From Octopus sinensis (Eukaryota): 64,000 nucleotides of DNA. The position numbers and the translations under genes are program-made. Positions 60,808 to 64,000 of this stretch are shown here, one piece after another. The notes under the pieces are model-generated. The model was not told where the DNA came from, made no database searches, and saw nothing but the letters and a program-made list of their open reading frames with translations. Within the stretch, counting starts at the first letter, position 1; each line of letters starts with the position of its first letter. Location: the NCBI RefSeq assembly GCF_006345805.1, contig NW_021831988.1:186001-250000 (forward strand). The letters run 5' to 3'.

Positions 60808-62827
60808 ATGAAAATGTTGCAAAACAAATATATTGGTAAAAAAGCGATTGAATCAGAAGTATCTTCATCCTTTTCGGAAGACTTTAACGTTGATAGCATA
60901 AGTAAATTGTTTTATAATAAACCAGTCATTTCCCCAGAACAAGAGGCTGCCATGACTGTATCTAAATCACCTGAAACTCATATTTCCATGGAATTGACGG
61001 AAGAACCTCAAATCCACCCAAACTTTGAGAGAATGCTGCTGTCTCTGAGTGAGACATTAATATTAAATTGTCCTTAGCCGAGTTTAATGACATCTATTAC
61101 TCTTCATGGAGGGCAGGCGAGAAACTGAATTTAATTTCTACCGAATTAAATTGTTTTAATCAATAATGGTAATGTTGCAGTGAATGGGTCGTCGCTTAAT
61201 AAAATAACAAGCATATTCATTCGAAATGGAATCACATCAATGATGACCGTGGATTCGCTAAGGGAAGTGCTGTGCTTGGTGTATGACTACAACTTGGAAA
61301 ATTATATATTCAAACAAAAGGTAGAACAAGCAGAATTTGTGCAAAAAATAATAAACTGGGTCTTAATTCTATCAGAAAGGTCAGGAATTTATTGACAATT
61401 TAAGAAATGAAAATAATTTGGTTACGAGGTCAGTAATAATAAATCTGGCCATTCTGAGTGGGGGAAAACCGCAAGAAAAGTTGATTGGTTCCATTACTTG
61501 TTTAAAGTTGCAGAGCTTTACCAAATCTTGACCAAAACCACTTTTTTAGAGAAAAACAGATTTCTCTTTTTGGGGAATCATCTGACAAAAGTTATGGAGT
61601 TCATTGGAGAGTCGGCTTCGTACAATGAAAGATCCATAAAGAGCGCAGAAGGCAAATTATTTTCGAAGGTAGCTGGCTAGGGAAAATCACAGAAAACACA
61701 AATCACTCCTGAAAAGTTTGTGAAATGGGGGAAAAAAGACGAATTCATGTTGCCGTGGTTGCTTACCAAGTGCCACTTAAACCCAGCGAGAAGAGTGTTA
61801 TTTCATGAGCGTTGCGACGCATGCAAAATATCAGCAATCCCCCAAGTCAAGTCGATATTGTGCTCCTTAGGCCCAGGTTTAAATGCCTCTTCTGCATGAA
61901 TTTCAACATGTGCAAAGCGTGTTTTTACAAAGGAGTCACTTCAGGATCACACATTGGCAAGCATCCCGTGAAACCCTATTCGAACGTGACGGTATGAATA
62001 GTGATGAAAAGTTTCCAGGCAAAAACTTTTCACGAATTCAAGGACAAGGCAAAAATATTCAAAAACAAACTCATGCAGGGGAAGGGAGTCAAGGAGGAAA
62101 GGTACGTGTCCAGGTATCAATGGAAATGTGTATTTCAAGCAAAGACTCTCCGCTATATTTCGAAAATGCAATTGAGAATTTCAACACTATTTCCAGAATT
62201 GAGCAGTACTTGGGGAGTAGTCAAATGTTTAGAACAAGCAAAACTCCAGAGTTTGGAGGAACGATGCCAAAAATAAAAGAAAATAACTTCATCCAGCTTA
62301 AGCCTAGCAATACACTTGATCCCCAATATCCTGGTAAATATTGATATTTTCACCAGAAATGCCAATAATGTGGACAGAAAAACCCTCCAGAGAAAAGGAA
62401 GAGAAACCACCTAGTTTGACAAACGCTCCCGACACTTCAGACGCGGTAATTAATAAAGCCGAAGGTACTCTTATTCGTTTCATTCAGATACTTCCTGGTC
62501 TGACGTGCAAAATATTTTACTGAAAAAGTCCCAAAGTTGGAAAAGACAGACAAATATACAAGTTAAGGTGCTATATAAAGAAAACAAAAAACTCGAGGAC
62601 ATAATCAATGACTTGGAGAAACTTCTGTTGCAGGTGATCGCCAATTTCAGGACTTGTAGCCTGATATAGAGGTGATAAAATCTGAGTCTGAACAAGGGTT
62701 GGGCCGTTACACGTCCACATGGATTCAGGGGAACAACACTAAGTGTGATATTGAGGATGCTCCCATAAATGAGATTGCACAGGATCTCGGGGAACAATTA
62801 ACATCGATTCTGGATTTAATAGTTTAG
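60808..62827 (+). CDS. Dystrobrevin/short dystrophin-like protein (EF-hand region, ZZ finger, coiled coil)
   Basis: HERCDACK...RFKCLFCMNFNMCKACFYKG...HIGKHP (ZZ finger); upstream LCLVYD; downstream coiled coil LYKENKKLEDIINDLEK. Confidence 0.7.
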
Positions 62828-62919
62828 ATGACGTATAAAATACTAACTCTAATGGTCTTCATTTTTGCACGTTAATTATATTTCGTGCTTAAGTAAAAGT
62901 GAATTAATGCGAATTAAAA

Positions 62920-64000
62920 TTATTGAGGATAATAAGAACTGAATCTAGTGAATGGGTAGGCATAAGGGGCATTGCTAGAAGTAAAAGTGGGTGGGAAGGC
63001 TGGAAATCGCATCTCCATGTAGTTATTCGGAACGAACTTGTTCTCTTCTGGAACTGAAATGAACAAATTACGTAAACCTTGTTGGAAAGGTCTCTCGGGG
63101 TTTTGCATCATTCGTGGTATCATTCTACGACGCGAGTTGATGAACCTAAATCTGAGAATGCATAACACAACCAATTGTTCACTTGGAGAGTCGACAGATT
63201 TGTCTGGTTGCATAAATCCCTCTTCACCTCTTCGCTGGGGTAAGGGTGCTGAAGTTACAATAAATCATTACGTCAATATTTTGATGAAGCCAACCTCGAA
63301 GAATATGTATAACTTGTTTGGAAAACATATTCCGCCGTTTTTTAGTCTGTCCGGACTGTTCTAAAATGATATATTAAATTCTCGAGTCATGAATTAAGGA
63401 GCAATAAATACCGAGATGGCGGGATTCGGGCTCGACATGCTGAGGTGTGTGGAATTGATTAGTCCCGCTCGGACCTTTCTTCAAGGTTTCCAAATTCAAG
63501 TTTGTATTCTAAAAACAATTCAAACTAATAAAAATCATTAAAAAAGCAATTAAACGCAAGAAAGCATAAATACAAGTCTGGAATTGTTACAAAAATTTTT
63601 GGTTGAGTAAATAAAGACAATGTGCTAATGGGAGAGCACTTGCCAAAAGCTAAAAAAGCAGCATGAAATAATTTAATTGTCTTCGAACAAACCTCTGGGT
63701 GCTGAGAAGTCTTGACGAGAGGTAGTTTTGCAGCATTTTTATCCGAAATTTGCAAATTTTCTGCAGTGACATGTTTGGCTCGATTGAGGGATTCGTTGAG
63801 GAAGACGTGCATATTCCTCCTGATCTAAATGTGGTGTAATACCGCTATGAATAGTAATGGCATAAATAATACATCAATGTCAAAATATGAAAAGCAATAA
63901 TGACTAACATAAATTACCTCGTCAAGCTCGAACAGTTGGTCTCTCAGGACGTTGATGGCATTGAAAATCTAGTCGTCAGGTTTATTAAAAACCAGAGAAT
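62920..64000 (-). CDS. 3' part of an unidentified multi-exon gene
   Basis: Successive minus-strand ORF segments (95 aa, 97 aa) with short spacers; no family recognised. Confidence 0.35.

Overview
This is AT-rich eukaryotic nuclear DNA from an animal with an extremely compacted genome. Nearly every host gene is split by ultra-short spliceosomal introns of about 21-31 nt. The gene set is metazoan-type (Hippo/MST kinase with SARAH domain, EMRE, dystrobrevin-like, LRR+PDZ LAP protein, ciliary CCDC96); together with the intron size this best fits a dicyemid mesozoan, which is an inference. Recognisable host genes are two tandem LC8 dynein light chains, GPALPP1, PITRM1, LAP, SEC16-like, STK3/4, RPS16, CCDC96, a TRIP12-like HECT, NOP56, SEC14L1, STN1, PSMC4, EMRE and dystrobrevin-like, plus a decayed FCF1. 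The mobile elements are two inverted non-autonomous Helitrons with ~95-bp minisatellites, an intact single-ORF RLE retrotransposon with a 22/23-bp TSD, an apparently intact Ginger-type transposon, a Ginger-like deletion derivative, Tc1 relics, LINE relics and at least five divergent CRE-like 3' fragments. The Ginger-type transposase carries three host-style mini-introns, and the element contains a telomere-like array. The most notable oddities are that Ginger element, a HECT domain with Tyr at the catalytic Cys position, two divergent genes with only 28 bp between start codons, and two unexplained structured intergenic islands that may be ncRNAs (one SL-RNA-like, one RNase MRP/P-like). Exon structures were read by eye; family assignments come from recalled motifs, not database searches.
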